Source: Eledone cirrhosa
Taxonomy: Eukaryota
NCBI GenBank assembly: GCA_964016885.1
Contig: OZ024741.1
Location: 139,438,001 to 139,502,000 of the forward strand
Reading direction: 5' to 3'
DNA length: 64,000 nucleotides
A program made the translations under genes and the position numbers. The notes beneath the pieces are model-generated. The model did not search any database. It was not told where the DNA came from and was given only the letters and a program-made list of their open reading frames with translations. Numbering within the stretch: the first letter of the stretch is position 1; the number at the start of each line of letters is the position of its first letter. This document shows positions 13,204 to 25,957 of this stretch, piece by piece.

Positions 13204-15413
13204 AACGAATTGAAAATGCTGCGTTGATTAGCAGTGTTGGTTTACTATCTTCACATTTGTTGTTATAATATGACCGCACGTTAAAGCCAGAAGGAAATTG
13301 TATATATTCCTTCCCTCGGGAGCAGCATATACTGCAAACTCTTCACCAATAATCTTATGTTGAGTATGCCCATGTTTGAGTTGTGATGTGTGACGAATTA
13401 TGCGCCAATCGCATAATATATAAAGGTTGCACAGCTTCACATCTTTTTATTTACGATGCATTTACTGATTCTGGCTTGCAGTGTATTGAACTTTCTGTTC
13501 CATTCACTACATCCAATGTGTAAACTACATAATAAAACGAAATGAAATGAAAATAAGTAGGCGGAATATGTTCTAAATACCTAATAATATTTGGGTTACT
13601 CATAGAAACACTTTTTATAAATAACATATATAACCAGAAATGGCATTTTGTAGATAACTTGAATTACATGGTGTAAGCTTAAGCTGTTCCTTGAGAAGAA
13701 CTATCTAGATCCCTTATGTGACCATAGGCATCCAACTAGCCTAGTGGTAAGCTCCTAGGACCAAGAGGAACTGGGGAGATGGTCACCAACATAGAGAGGG
13801 GGTTATGAACTTAGCATAGTCTTCTAGGGGACGTTCTCTAGAAAGCAATACAGTCGGTAGATATACAACCAACCCCTTCCACATTTGCTCGTAAAAATGT
13901 TCCATGGACTATCCGCAATTGTGGTGTAAGAATTACTTGCTCTTTATTTAGATGGTTTCCTTTGTTCCCATGTGGCAACATGAGTAGCGTCGAGCGTTGG
14001 CTTCATTCGCAGTATTGTTCAAGCCGGTGCTGTCTTGAACATTTCATCATCTTCATCACTAAAAGCTGAGCTGAATTACGAACTTTCAAGAACTACATTC
14101 AAAGACATCTTGACAGCTTCATTCTGCTTTCTCTTTTGTATGTTCATATCGTGAATGTTAATTTCCTTCTTCTGAATAGATCTCACATCTTCTCCATCAA
14201 CGCCAACTATGAATGGAGACAACTGAGCTGTATCTCAAGGAAATGTGTCTTCAAATGGTATAACCTTTTATTCGAGAACGTTCTAACTTAGCAATGTAAA
14301 ATTATTTCTACAAATATAGTTTAAGTTTATGTTTTATTTCCTATTCATTTAAGAAGTTATACGGTAGTAACGTCTCCTATATGTACACAGTCGAACATGG
14401 ACAAAAAATGCAACCTGGATGAATTAAAAAAGTGCTGAATAAATGTGTGTACATGCAGTTGGCGTAACATTCAAACAGTACCTTAAATATATCTTTGTAT
14501 TTTCTCCTGTCTTGATTTTATGAGATGGATCCAGGATGCAATCGTCTTGAGGTGATTTCCACTCCAAATGGTTTCCCTATAAATATGAATCACCCTACTC
14601 TATATATAATTTACTTGCAAAAGCCCTATTTATTTATGAATATATATATACATAACAAGACAAAGATATTAACCGCCCTTATGACGTAACTGTTCTTACG
14701 AAATTTGCAAGAAAGAAAATATTTACGCAATACGAATTCGAAATGTTTAGCTTCTCTCCCAGGAAAATAATTTGGAATACTTTTTTTCTTAGTAAATGCA
14801 TAAGGGCTAATCTTGAAGTGTTTAAGCGGAAGAAAGCGCAACCTGTAAGCAAAACAGTAAACACATGCAATACATTTTTTTAAAGTTTAACGCACAACTT
14901 TGTAATGTTAAACCCAATGATGGATCTTTTGTTCTGTGCTAGAAACCATCTCATTCCTTACAGGACTAATTCAAATGATGAATATAGAAACACGCATACA
15001 TGTTTTTGTGTGTGTAAAATATCATTAATTAATTTTCCTCGTAACCATGACATTATGCCATATAGTGAAACATATTTTATACCATTCAGTAAATATTTCA
15101 CATAATTCGAATTAATTAGAATATGAATGTTCGACTTGGCAAAACTATTGTAAATATTTTATAGTAAAAATGATATATAAAATCCCCCCATCTTTGTTTA
15201 TATGAATATATGTGCACTTCTTCATACTTTATCATTGAATTAACCATCACCATAGTGAGAGTAATCTTTTGTTTCTATTTTATATATTTAAGTCTCATCA
15301 TCCTGGAATAATCATAAAGATTTTATCGAATTTGCCATTCTGCTAAATTTTATTTTCCATTGTGTGAAAATATTAATTAGTATTTTCAGACACTCTCACA
15401 CATACTCACAAGA

Positions 15414-15482
<69 letters not shown>

Positions 15483-15486
<4 letters not shown>

Positions 15487-15676
15487 AAAATGTATGACCC
15501 CGACGGCAAAACTCAAGCCATTTTGACGGCTATTTCTGGACTCCAGAAGTAGCCGTCGAAACGGCTTGAGCTCTGCCGTCGGGGTCATACATTTTCCTAA
15601 TAGCCACTCAACTACCATAAGTATTGAGTACTGTGGTGCGTTATGGTCCACCTGGTTCCTTACCACAACTCCGTCG
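15483..15676 (+). mobile_element. Fold-back PLE pLTR remnant: 117-bp palindrome containing the 3' half of a hammerhead, plus tail
   Basis: 58-bp arms 15483-15540 and 15542-15599 with 5 mismatches. Right arm contains GAA-ACGGC-loop-GCCGU-C-GGGGUCA. Tail contains TTGAGTAC. Begins at (TA)n. Confidence 0.7.
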
Positions 15677-15677
15677 T

Positions 15678-15817
15678 TTTGGCAGTATCGGTAGAGGGTT
15701 CTGAGTTCAAATCTCGCCGAGGTTAACTTTGTCTTTCATCCTTACGAGGTCGATAAAATAAAGTACCAATAATGGACTGGGTAATTTCTGGCCTTGTGCC
15801 AAAAGTAGAAACAGTTA
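15678..15817 (+). mobile_element. SINE copy, internally deleted
   Basis: Same motifs as 12814. Confidence 0.8.
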
Positions 15818-15882
15818 TATATATGTATATATATATATATATAAAGTACACACTAATCAAAGCTATGTTCAAATCATTTTAT

Positions 15883-15929
15883 TGCTGACAATTGTTTCTT
15901 CCAAACTTCCGTTTGGATTCATCGGAGCA
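15883..15929 (-). ncRNA. Hammerhead motif, family B (core variant CCGAUGA)
   Basis: UGCU-CCGAUGA-AUCCAAAC GGAA GUUUGGAA-GAA-AC AAUU GU-C-AGCA; GNRA loop II; palindromic ACAAUUGU stem III. Confidence 0.65.
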
Positions 15930-16542
15930 CTAGCAATATTTGTACGTATAATTAACCTCCTATTCAACTGAACAATCATATAGATGGATATGAATGTTGT
16001 CAACAACAGTTTCGTATTTACAGAGTGGAATGGATGCGTCATAGATTAAAAGAGAATTGTACAATAATTAAAATTAAAAGTTAAAAAGGCACAGTGTGGA
16101 ATGCATGTGACAGGAAGGAAACAAGGAATGGTACTAGGCATATATAATTACTGCATGGCAAAGGTATCACATAAAATAACATAGGTTTATAAGCATATTA
16201 ATGAGCCAAAAATGTTTATGTATTAAAATTATGAGTTTATGTTGGATGTAGTGTTATGATTGTTTCTGTACTGTTCAAATGTGTATGTGTTGAGATTAAC
16301 AATGTTATTGCTATATTTTCCATTACATTGGTTATATTTTATTTTAGTGAACGTTTTTAATTAGTTACAGCTATGGTTTGTATATTGGTCCTATTATATT
16401 GTTATCTGGGGTTCGAGTTGTTGTGGAGTGATTCTTCTAACGGTTTAATTTCCGGAAGTCAGTTTGAGATCTATATTAAGGGGAGCTAATGCGAAAGGGG
16501 AGGTAACTAGCGATTAAATTGTATATGACAGAAGAAAGTAGA

Positions 16543-16949
16543 AAAATGTATAGTTGTTTACAGCTCCAATTAGTTAAATCCTTTGTGCTAATATACATTA
16601 TATTGTGTTACAAGTGAATCTTTTTAATATAATGCTATTTGTTTATATTTAATTTTAAATACAATCTGTTTTCCTATAATGCATTAAAGGTCTCATTATA
16701 TTGTTATCTATCCATTACTGAATAAAGTATAAGTAAGCTATCGAAAAAATGTATAGTTGTTTACAGGTCAAATTAGTTAAATCTTTTGTGTTATTAATAT
16801 AGATTATATTATGTTATAAGTGAATCCCTTATATATAATGCTATTAATTTATATATTTAATTATAAATATAATTTATTTTCCTATAATACATTAAGCGTC
16901 TCAACATATTATTATCTATCCATTACTGAATATAATATAAGCAAGCTAT
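16543..16949. repeat. ~200-bp tandem duplication in the PLE 3' UTR
   Basis: AAAAATGTATAGTTGTTTACAG...TATCTATCCATTACTGAATA...AAGCTAT occurs at ~16543-16741 and ~16743-16949. Confidence 0.85.
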
Positions 16950-17220
16950 AGTGGTTTTATTAAATGGTGTTAACTTTATGTTCATTCCCAATAGTTATTG
17001 TAGAGTATAAGGTTTGAGATAAATAGGAGTTAGGTAGAGGGATGAGCTGATCATAGAGTGTGATGCTGTGGGGGTACTTATATGCTGATAAGACCTAGAG
17101 GTGAAGTGTTAATGGTGAGGAGGTATTCAGATCTGACATTGTTATATACTAGCAGCTAGGTTTAAAACTATGGAAAGAATATCGGTGTTAGTGCTGGCAC
17201 ATGGACAAAATCTCTGATTT

Positions 17221-18830
17221 CACAGTGTAACAAAACAAATGTTTTCTCTATACCTGGCTTGTAATCACTTTTTGTGTTGCTTATGTCCCAAATAAATAAA
17301 GGAAACAGTGCTATCAAACAGTTAAAAGTTTGGGTTTGTAAACATTCTAAGCTATTCACTAGAATTATTTGTATGCTGGATTGTACGTTGTATGTAAGTT
17401 TAATTTCCTTATGTTAAATGATTTTTGTATATATGTTTCAGGTTAAATTAAAATTATAAAATAAAGAGTAATACCTAAAGAAAATTATAAAAGTGCAATA
17501 AACTATAACATTGTTAAAAAGTGGATTAAAGAGATTTATTGATACTGGATTTTCGCACCCTGAATAAAGGGTAATTTGTGTTTTAAGCATTCGTCTCCAG
17601 GATGAAGCAGTGGAACGGGTCAAGGGGGAAGTGCAGGTGACAAGTCAGAGAAGTCGACACGAACCTTTCTCAGGCTCTTACACTCTTAGGGATGGCCTCC
17701 GCTTCTGCTATGACGTGCCTGGACTGTTTGACGTTATTGGGGTGCCGTTTGTGCCTCAGGAGTGGCGGCTATTTATAGACATCTCCACGACAAGTTTGAA
17801 GGCTGTTCTCCTTCACAATGGGAACAAGTTCCCGACACTGCCCCTATCTCATTCAGTCTGCCTGAAGGAAGATTACTACAGTGTGAAAGTCCTCTTGGAA
17901 GCTCTGCAATACAACCAGTACAATTAGGAAATCATTGGAGACTTCAAGATGGTGGCTTTCCTGCTTGGACACCAATGAGGCTTTATCAAATTCCAATGCT
18001 TCCTCTGCCTTTGGGACAGAAGAGCCACCTCTGACCGCTACAAAAGAAAGAACTGGGAGCAGCGACCAGAATTTGTAGTTGGGACTCGGAACGTCATGTG
18101 GGAGCTACTGCACATTAAGTTGTGGTTGATGAAACAGTTTGTGAAGGCTCTCAACCAAGAATCAGTCGCTTTTAAGTACCTTCTTGAGGCCAAAATCAAA
18201 GGCGGAATTTTTGTTGGACCTCAGATAAAGAAGGTATTTGAGTCTACCGAGTTCTCCAATAAGCTCAATAGGATTGGGAGAACAGCATGGAACTGTTTCA
18301 AGCCATTTGTTAAGGGATTCCTGGACAACTACAGAGCTGAAAACTACCAGCAACTGGTGCAGGATCGATAAAGGCTTTTGGCGTCATGGGATGCAGGTTG
18401 TCCCTTAAACTCCATATGCTGGACACTCACCTGGAAAATTTCAAAGACAATATGGGCGCCTACTCAGAACAACAAGGCAAACGATTCCACCAAGATGAGA
18501 AAGAGATAGAGCGGAGGTACCAGGGCCACTACAATAAACAAATGATGAGGGACTATATCTGGGAGCTAGTGCGGGAATGCGACCTGGACTGCAACCTGAA
18601 ATCCAGGAACTCCAGTCATTTCTGACGTGTATAAGTTGCTTTATAAGTGTTATTTATTTTTATTTGTTTGCTTTTGATAAGCTTGTGTAATAAAATAAAT
18701 ATATACTCTTTTGATTTAATTATATGAACTGATACATTCTAAAAATATATGTTTTTTTCTTGAAAAATATGAAAATTTCGAAATATCAACCTCCTGACCA
18801 CAAATCCAATCTGCTGATTAAATAATGGTG
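17221..18830 (+). mobile_element. Chapaev3 (CMC superfamily) DNA transposon, internally deleted pseudogene, nested in the PLE
   Basis: WRLFIDISTTSLKAVLLHNGNKFPTLPLSHSV; IIGDFKMVAFLLG; CFLCLWD; LHIKL.LMKQFVKAL; AKIKGGIFVGPQI; GCRLSLKLHMLDTHL...GAYSEQQGKRFHQD...ERRYQG. Possible left end CACAGTGTAACAAAA at 17221. Borders are approximate. Confidence 0.8.
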
Positions 18831-21541
18831 TTTTTTTAAATAATAATAGGATATAACAAACCATGAAACGACACTTACAACCGGGGAACAACAAATATGT
18901 TACTCAGTGTTTTCTATTTAGGAGGTCTAGTTTAGAATAGATTATAGTGCGGGTCTCTAGAAGACAGAGGTTACATAATTTATTCCGTGGTTTATATGAT
19001 GCGGCCCTAGATATTACTTCCCATTGAAATGTATATGGTCTATTCTTACTCTTCAGAGAGTGTATGTAGCTAGATAAAGAAGTGGAGTTGGCTAGATTGC
19101 GATCTTTGAAAGTGTGGAGATGCGAGTTGTATCTCGCCTTGAAGCAGTTCGAAGTTGAACCGATATATGTTTTAGAGGAGTAGTTTGTGTTGTCCGTGCA
19201 TGGTAAATGACGTATTTGATTAAGCAATTTTTTACCTAAGGGGCAAGTTCTATTTGTTCTACAGTTAGAGTTATTCTGGTTGTTTGCTTGCCGATTACTA
19301 TGTTGTGTAGATGCCTGGCTGTTTTAGGGATAGCATTAGGGTAATAATGGTTGTCGTTCCCATTGTTATTAATTTCATTAGTGCTATTATCATTATTATT
19401 ATTGCTACTAGAAATCTCTGGTATTATGTTGCTCTGTAAGTTTACCCCCTGTTGCCATTTAATTAGTTGGCAATCATTATTAATCTTCCTTTTATTACTA
19501 TTAGCTATATGGTATGCAATGTTAGGTGTGGTAGAGTAAGATATTTTAATGGTATTTTTATTGATAAGATTATGGTATTTGTAGCCGGCTGGGAAGTTCT
19601 TTTCCAGGATTGAGAAGTAAAGTCTTAGGCAAGTTAGTAGAGACGTTTAGATTAAAAGGCGGATTGAAGAATGTATTAGTTTTTCTTCTACATTTGTGTT
19701 TTGTAATGCTATTTGAGGTATTGTTTATATTTCTGTTTATATTATTATTGTGGTGTTTATTCTGGTGCGAGTTAAGTTTGATATTACCCTTCGTATTAGA
19801 GTTAGTGTGGCTAGTACTTTTATTATTTTCCTCATGGCCATATTGTGAGAGATAAAGTTGTAACTAGGTGATTTTATAGATAGAAATATAATCCCATGGC
19901 TATGGCCTGATTTAGCTAAGGCCTCGTTATAGTATTGGGAATTATTGTTAAATATTCTTTCATTATCTGATAGATTAGAGATTCTATATGATATTCCTTA
20001 AGTAATTGAGTTTAATATGGATTTAGGGTGGTTAGAGTTGATATCTACATCAAGTAGTTTTCCGTTTGGTTTATGAAAGAGTGTATATATGTTAGAGTCC
20101 GGGTAAAGGGTAGCATCAAGGAAGTTAACGTTTTTATTTTTTTATCTAAGGTGATACCTAAGTTGAAGTTTTTGAGAATTTTATTTAATTGTTTCCTAGT
20201 TCTTTCTATATTAAATTTGTTATAGTCAATAAGAAGTAGTGCATCACCGCGGTATAAGCCACCATCGAGGTAGAGTTGGTTCTTATGAATTTCATTTAAG
20301 AGATATAGGCCCACCAAATCAGTGACCTGCGCCGAGTCACTAGATCCTATAGTTATGTCAAATATGTTAGGTGTATCCTTGCGTGTCCATAATTGATCTT
20401 CAAATCTAATTATGGTTTTTCGGGCCGCAAGGATGGCAGCAATTTTGGATCTAGTAAGATCACTATTGTTCATAGCCATAATTAATGCCTTATTTAATAG
20501 GATAGGGGAAATAGAGTTATAGTATGAATTAATATCAAATTGTATAATTTTTTTAGTTTTTCTTCACTTTAATATCATTGAACCATTCAATAATTTGACC
20601 AATATTTTCCCACTGGCTAATATATATGTTATGCTTACATTGTGGGATGATTCTATCTAATATTTTCTTGCTGATAATTCCAATGTCAGATTTGGACGGG
20701 CAAATTAGTCATTATATAAAAGGGATTCACTTGTAACACAATATAATGTATATCAGCACAAAGGATTTAACTAATTGGAGCTGTAAACAACTATACCTTT
20801 TTCTACTTTCTAATGTCATATACAATTTAATCGCCAGTTAACTCCCCTTTCGCATTAGCTCCCCTTAATATAGATCTTAAACTACTTCCGGAAATTAAAC
20901 CGTTAGAAGAATCACTACACAACAACTCGAACCTCGGATAACAATATAATAGGACCAATATACAATCCATAGCTGTAACTAATTAAAAATATTCACTAAA
21001 ATAAAATATAACCAATGTAATGGAAAATATAGCAATAATAGTGTTACTCTCAACACATACAAATTTGAACAGTACAGAAACAATCACCACACTACATCCA
21101 CCATGAACTCATAATTTTAACACACAAACATTTATTCGTCCTTGATATGCTTATAAACCTATGTTATTTCATGTGATACCTTTGCCATGCAGTAGATATA
21201 TATGCCTAGTACCATTGCTTGTTTCCTTCCTGTATATGACTAACGTATTTGCACTCTCTATACGCTTGCATATGTATTGCTTGTGTCCTCGATTTACGAG
21301 TAACTTTCTACGTTAATGCCTCTTTAAGTATTATACTATTCCCTTGTAATCTTTGTCGCATGCATTCCACTCTGTGCCTTTTTTAATTTTTAATTTTAAT
21401 TATTGTACACTTCTCTTGTAATCTATGCGCCATCCATTCCACTCTGTGAATACAAAACTGCTGTTGACAACATTAATATCCATGTATTTATATGATCATT
21501 CAGTTGAATAGGAGGTTAATTACATGTACAAACATTGGTAG

Positions 21542-21588
21542 TGCTACGATGATTCCAAACGAAAGTTTGGAAGAAACTATTGTCAGCA
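21542..21588 (+). ncRNA. Hammerhead motif, family B, inverted copy (core ACGAUGA)
   Basis: UGCU-ACGAUGA-UUCCAAAC GAAA GUUUGGAA-GAAAC UAUU GUC-AGCA; perfect 8-bp stem II. Confidence 0.6.
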
Positions 21589-21777
21589 ATAAAATGATTT
21601 GAACATAGCTTTGATTATTGTGTAACTTATATTCCTGCTCTGTTAAACATCTCACGTATTTATATTGAGCTATTTTTCTTACTGGTAATAAGGTAGTAAA
21701 GAATTACTGACCTTTCCTGTTTATAGTTGTATATAGTGTATACATAAATATAAATAATATATATATATATATATATA

Positions 21778-22135
21778 AAATTAGGTAGTAACATGTGATT
21801 AGGCCTGATTTGACTAAATAGAATTAGTCTCTTAGTTGGGAATTTAAAAAGCCCTCTGAATGGAAAAAAAGGATGACTATTGGCGTACATGAGAGACGAA
21901 CCCACACCTTTGGTCTGCTGGACTAATGTATTACGAAAGGCATACGAAGGATGTGGGGCCGAGTCCTGTGTACGATAATACTCATCCTTTTTTTCCATTC
22001 AGAAGGATTTTTTACGATCCCCACTAAAGGACTAATTCTATTTAGTCAAATACGTCGTAATCTTACTGCGTAATTTTCGAATTCGCTGGCCGTCTGAAAA
22101 CAAAGTATGCTTTGTTGGTGTGTCTCCGTATTTAT
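21778..22135. mobile_element. Small ORF-less inverted-repeat element between (TA)n tracts
   Basis: Imperfect ~95-bp arms ~21808-21903 and ~21957-22050 sharing ATTTGACTAAATAGAATTAGTC and CTGAATGGAAAAAAAGGATGA. Confidence 0.65.
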
Positions 22136-22186
22136 ATATATGTATACACACACACACACACACCGACATACACACACACACATTCT

Positions 22187-22254
<68 letters not shown>

Positions 22255-22714
22255 CATATATATATATATATATAATCAAGGTTTAGCAAATAAGAAAAAG
22301 TTTCAAAATAAATTTCAAAAAATTCACTGTACTTACTATGGTTACCTTTACCGAATCAGTTTCGAGTCTCAAAAATAAATGGAAAGTCCTTGCGGGCTTC
22401 CATTGAAAAGATAAATTATCGTCTGAAGGTTCTTTTCACTCGGAGAATATAAAATTCCCGAGTTCAAATTACGAACTGGCGCTATTCAAAATTGTTCCCG
22501 AGATGAGAATGAATGATGTATATATATAATTCAAGACGATTAATAATGTCATTTTTACAGCAGAGCTCCGACGAACTTTTGATTCCAGAGTCGGGACAGA
22601 TTGATACAAATCGAACCTTGTACTGATCAATAGCGAAACGTACGTCACCAATCAATAAACGTAATGGAGGTTTAACAAATCCTCCTTGTATTATTATATT
22701 ATTATATCGATAAT

Positions 22715-22880
22715 GGTTTCTGATATAGGCACAAGGCCAGTAATTTGAGGGATTAAATCGACTCCAGTTCGTGACTGGTACTTTATTTTAACGACCCCAT
22801 AAGGCTGAAAGGCAAAGTTAACTAAGTGAGCACTGGGAAAATTACTGGCTTTGTTCCAAAAATAGAAACAATCATTATAT
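22715..22880. mobile_element. Two SINE fragments in opposite orientation
   Basis: GGCACAAGGCCAGTAAT...CTGGTACTTTATTTT.CGACCCC on the minus strand, then ACTGGGAAAATTACTGGCTTTGTTCC on the plus strand. Confidence 0.65.
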
Positions 22881-24807
22881 TACATTCTGTCTGGCTCTAC
22901 ACCTCGCCAGTGACGTCAACCTACACGTCGAGTGCTCACCTGGGTGAACCTATAGTAGCTTCACATTACACTCTTTGGATATATATATATATATATGTGT
23001 GTGTGGGGGGGGTGTATGTGTGTGTGTGTGTATGTATATGTGTGTGTTTGCATGCCTAGATATGATAGATAGAGATGGAAAAATAAAAGAGCTATATATT
23101 ATTATATATAACCAGTAAACAAATGGGATATTCATTTGTACAACAAAATGGTTCAAAATATCCCATGTATCACCCCCGAGAACACCACCTGATGACGTCC
23201 CACTTTAGAACTACTTATAAAGAAGTTCCCACTATTGTGCAATTTACTCGTCCGGATGGGTGAATTGTATCAAGCATCTTCGGGAACCTTTTCAGTTTGA
23301 AATGATCTCTCTTTTTGATCGTTATATCGCAGCCTCCTACGTCCTTCTGACTTGTTTCATTTTGGAATTATATAAATGTATCTAGGGCAATAAATGGTCT
23401 GATATTCTTTGTAGGTGACGACGTAGTATAGCAACTTTGATGAAGTGTTAATCAATTCACCAAACAACATCTTAACGTTAATTCTGTATCAAAAGAGAGA
23501 AGAAATATCACTTGGTGATTTCCACACCATGTTTTCGTGTATGTTTCACTAGTGAGAATAGGAATACCAAATGTGTTTTATAGTTATGGGAGAACCAGTA
23601 ATCAAATGGAATAGTGAAATGTGTGACAGCACCGATGAGAATATTGATATTCATAATATAGCTATATTCAAATATCCAAAGCAATTTTAATTAGACAGTT
23701 ATGCAATATAAAAGCCAGCACAGAGATTAATACATGGAGACCACCTGTAATACACGTCTAATTTCAATGCTTTCGATTCTGTTGATAAATGTGATATGAT
23801 TAAGGTAACATGGTTCGACCTGCTTGTTTATAATTAAATGGCAATAACCAATATCACAAACATTCCCACTTGCAAAAATATAATATGATGGTAGGAACTA
23901 ACATTATAAGTATACCTACATATAGGTATATACTAAAGTTACAATAACTAATATTACAAATATAGTTACAAATGTCAATTTATAACTGTTGATATCAATA
24001 AAACTATCCCCTGCCTGTACAAATGACTCCACGAATCTTAGGACTCATGGCAACAAATGAAACTATATTATACTGGTCCCTGTCTAACTAGAAATTCCAT
24101 CATTGCGCATTAATATCTAGTATGCCAATAATGTCAATCCGAACAATCGGTTAAGTTTAAAATCTAAATGTGCTATGGAATCACACGTATTGGACAACAA
24201 CTTGAACGGGATCCGTTTCGTCCTTTGAGCGTTCTAAGCCGCGAAGGTCTGTAATATTTCAACGTCGAATTATCACATATTATTATATTCCTCCATTTCT
24301 ACAAGTGTTCACAAAATGAATGATCATCCATAATTGTACATGCAAGAATTCTGAGTAGGTGATCTTCGGTAAAGAATGAATTTTGACATGACGAACACCA
24401 AATATCACAGAACATTACTCACACTATTTTTTTTATTAAACATATAAACGCTACGTGTGTGCGAAATTCGTAGTAATAAACAGTTGAAATAATTGCAGAT
24501 ATATCATATATCTACAACGAGTCCGCCTCAGCCAGGATTGACAAAATATATGCATCGAAAGAGTTCCTCTGTAACAAGCATATGCAATATTTCAAGTCTC
24601 CCCATAACCACCATGACATCGGTACAACATGGTACCTGTGTCTTCGAATCTAATAATTTTCCGGCTAAGTTTTCTGGGTAACATTGGTTAGGATGACATG
24701 GGGAAAATACAACTCAAATCTCGGTCTAGGAATATAAACGTGACCACATGTTAGTGAATTAATCTACATATTTGTAGAACTGAGCAAAACACGAGAAACA
24801 CCGCTGC

Positions 24808-24871
<64 letters not shown>

Positions 24872-24873
<2 letters not shown>

Positions 24874-25670
24874 CTTTGATAAATTTAACTTTGATAGGTT
24901 TCGGGCAGTATTGGCCCAGGTCATGTCTAACTCAAAAGCACCACCTGGGGAAGTCTTGCAAATCAGGGTCTGGGCACCATGGCCCACTAGAGCAGAGAGT
25001 TATTGTTTACGGAGGCATATCTGGGTGTAGGAGGCTTATCCGGGATTTATTGAAGGAATTTATCCAAAGACTTCTTGAACTTGATGGGGCCTGTCTCTGC
25101 TTTGATGTGTCTTGATGTAATGTTAAAGAGTGCAGGGCCAATTGAGGAAAATAATTGTGCCGTATTGTTGTTATGTGATCCGAGTGAGATTTTTGTCGTG
25201 GGCGGATAGAACGGGGCCCAAACCTTGGCTGTACACTAAAGGTGATGCCAACATCATTTGGGCTAAGCTGATGGAATATTTTCCACATCATACAGATAAT
25301 GTAGCGCTCATGGCGACGTTGGAGAGAATAAAGTTTTAGCTTCTCTAATCGACTCCAATATTCAAGGCCTGTCATGCCATCTATCTTTTTTGTAATTGAC
25401 CTTTGGGTTGCTTTAGCTTTCATGATACTTTGTTTCGTGTGGGGTGACCACAGCGGACAACAGTATTCAATGTGGGGTCAGGCAAAACGGGAGAAGAGAA
25501 GGATAACAGTGTGGATCTCTCTCGACTGGAAAGTTCTAAGAATCCAGGAACAGATTGTGCGAGCCATATCAACTTTGCTGTTTATATGAGTGGCCCGGCT
25601 TATGTTGTTGCCCACAATTACTCCCAGGTATCTGATGTTATTGGATGCCACTAGCGTTTCACCTGAAGGA
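24872..25670 (-). mobile_element. CR1-clade LINE 3' fragment flanked by (TA)n on both sides
   Basis: IRYLGVIV...SWILRTFQSRE...PHIEYCCPLWSPH...QRSITKKIDGMTGLEYWSRLEKLKLYSLQRRHERY; 3' end has a repeated ATCAAAGTTA. Confidence 0.85.
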
Positions 25671-25675
25671 ATATA

Positions 25676-25756
<81 letters not shown>

Positions 25757-25759
<3 letters not shown>

Positions 25760-25957
25760 GTGGAACACTGGAAGGTAATATCCTTAGTGGTAGAGCACTC
25801 GGTCCATGGGACGAGTTAGGTAGGAGTGGTTACACAACAGTTAGTTCAGCATACCGAGAACAATTCATGTTATAGGAACCATGCCCATTCCGAGCTGAGG
25901 ATCCGCTAAGGTGAAACAGTTTATTCTCGGTATGGTGTACTAACTGTTGTGTAACCA

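Larger units (their letters stand above)
15843..21760 (-). mobile_element. Hydra-type PLE insertion with direct 3' pLTR (left) and inverted 5' pLTR (right), between (TA)n tracts
   Basis: Inverted repeats ~15843-16633 and ~20710-21628. Coding remnant ~18840-20710 on the minus strand: IIQFDINSYYNSIS, FDITIGSSDSAQVTDLVGLY, GGLYRGD, FFNPPFN, TYIGSTSNCFKARYNSH, CNLCLLE. Confidence 0.85.

Noticed and set aside
21880-21998. QDSAP motif suggesting a Tc1/mariner fragment
   Set aside because: No other transposase motif nearby; the region is better explained as a non-coding inverted repeat.
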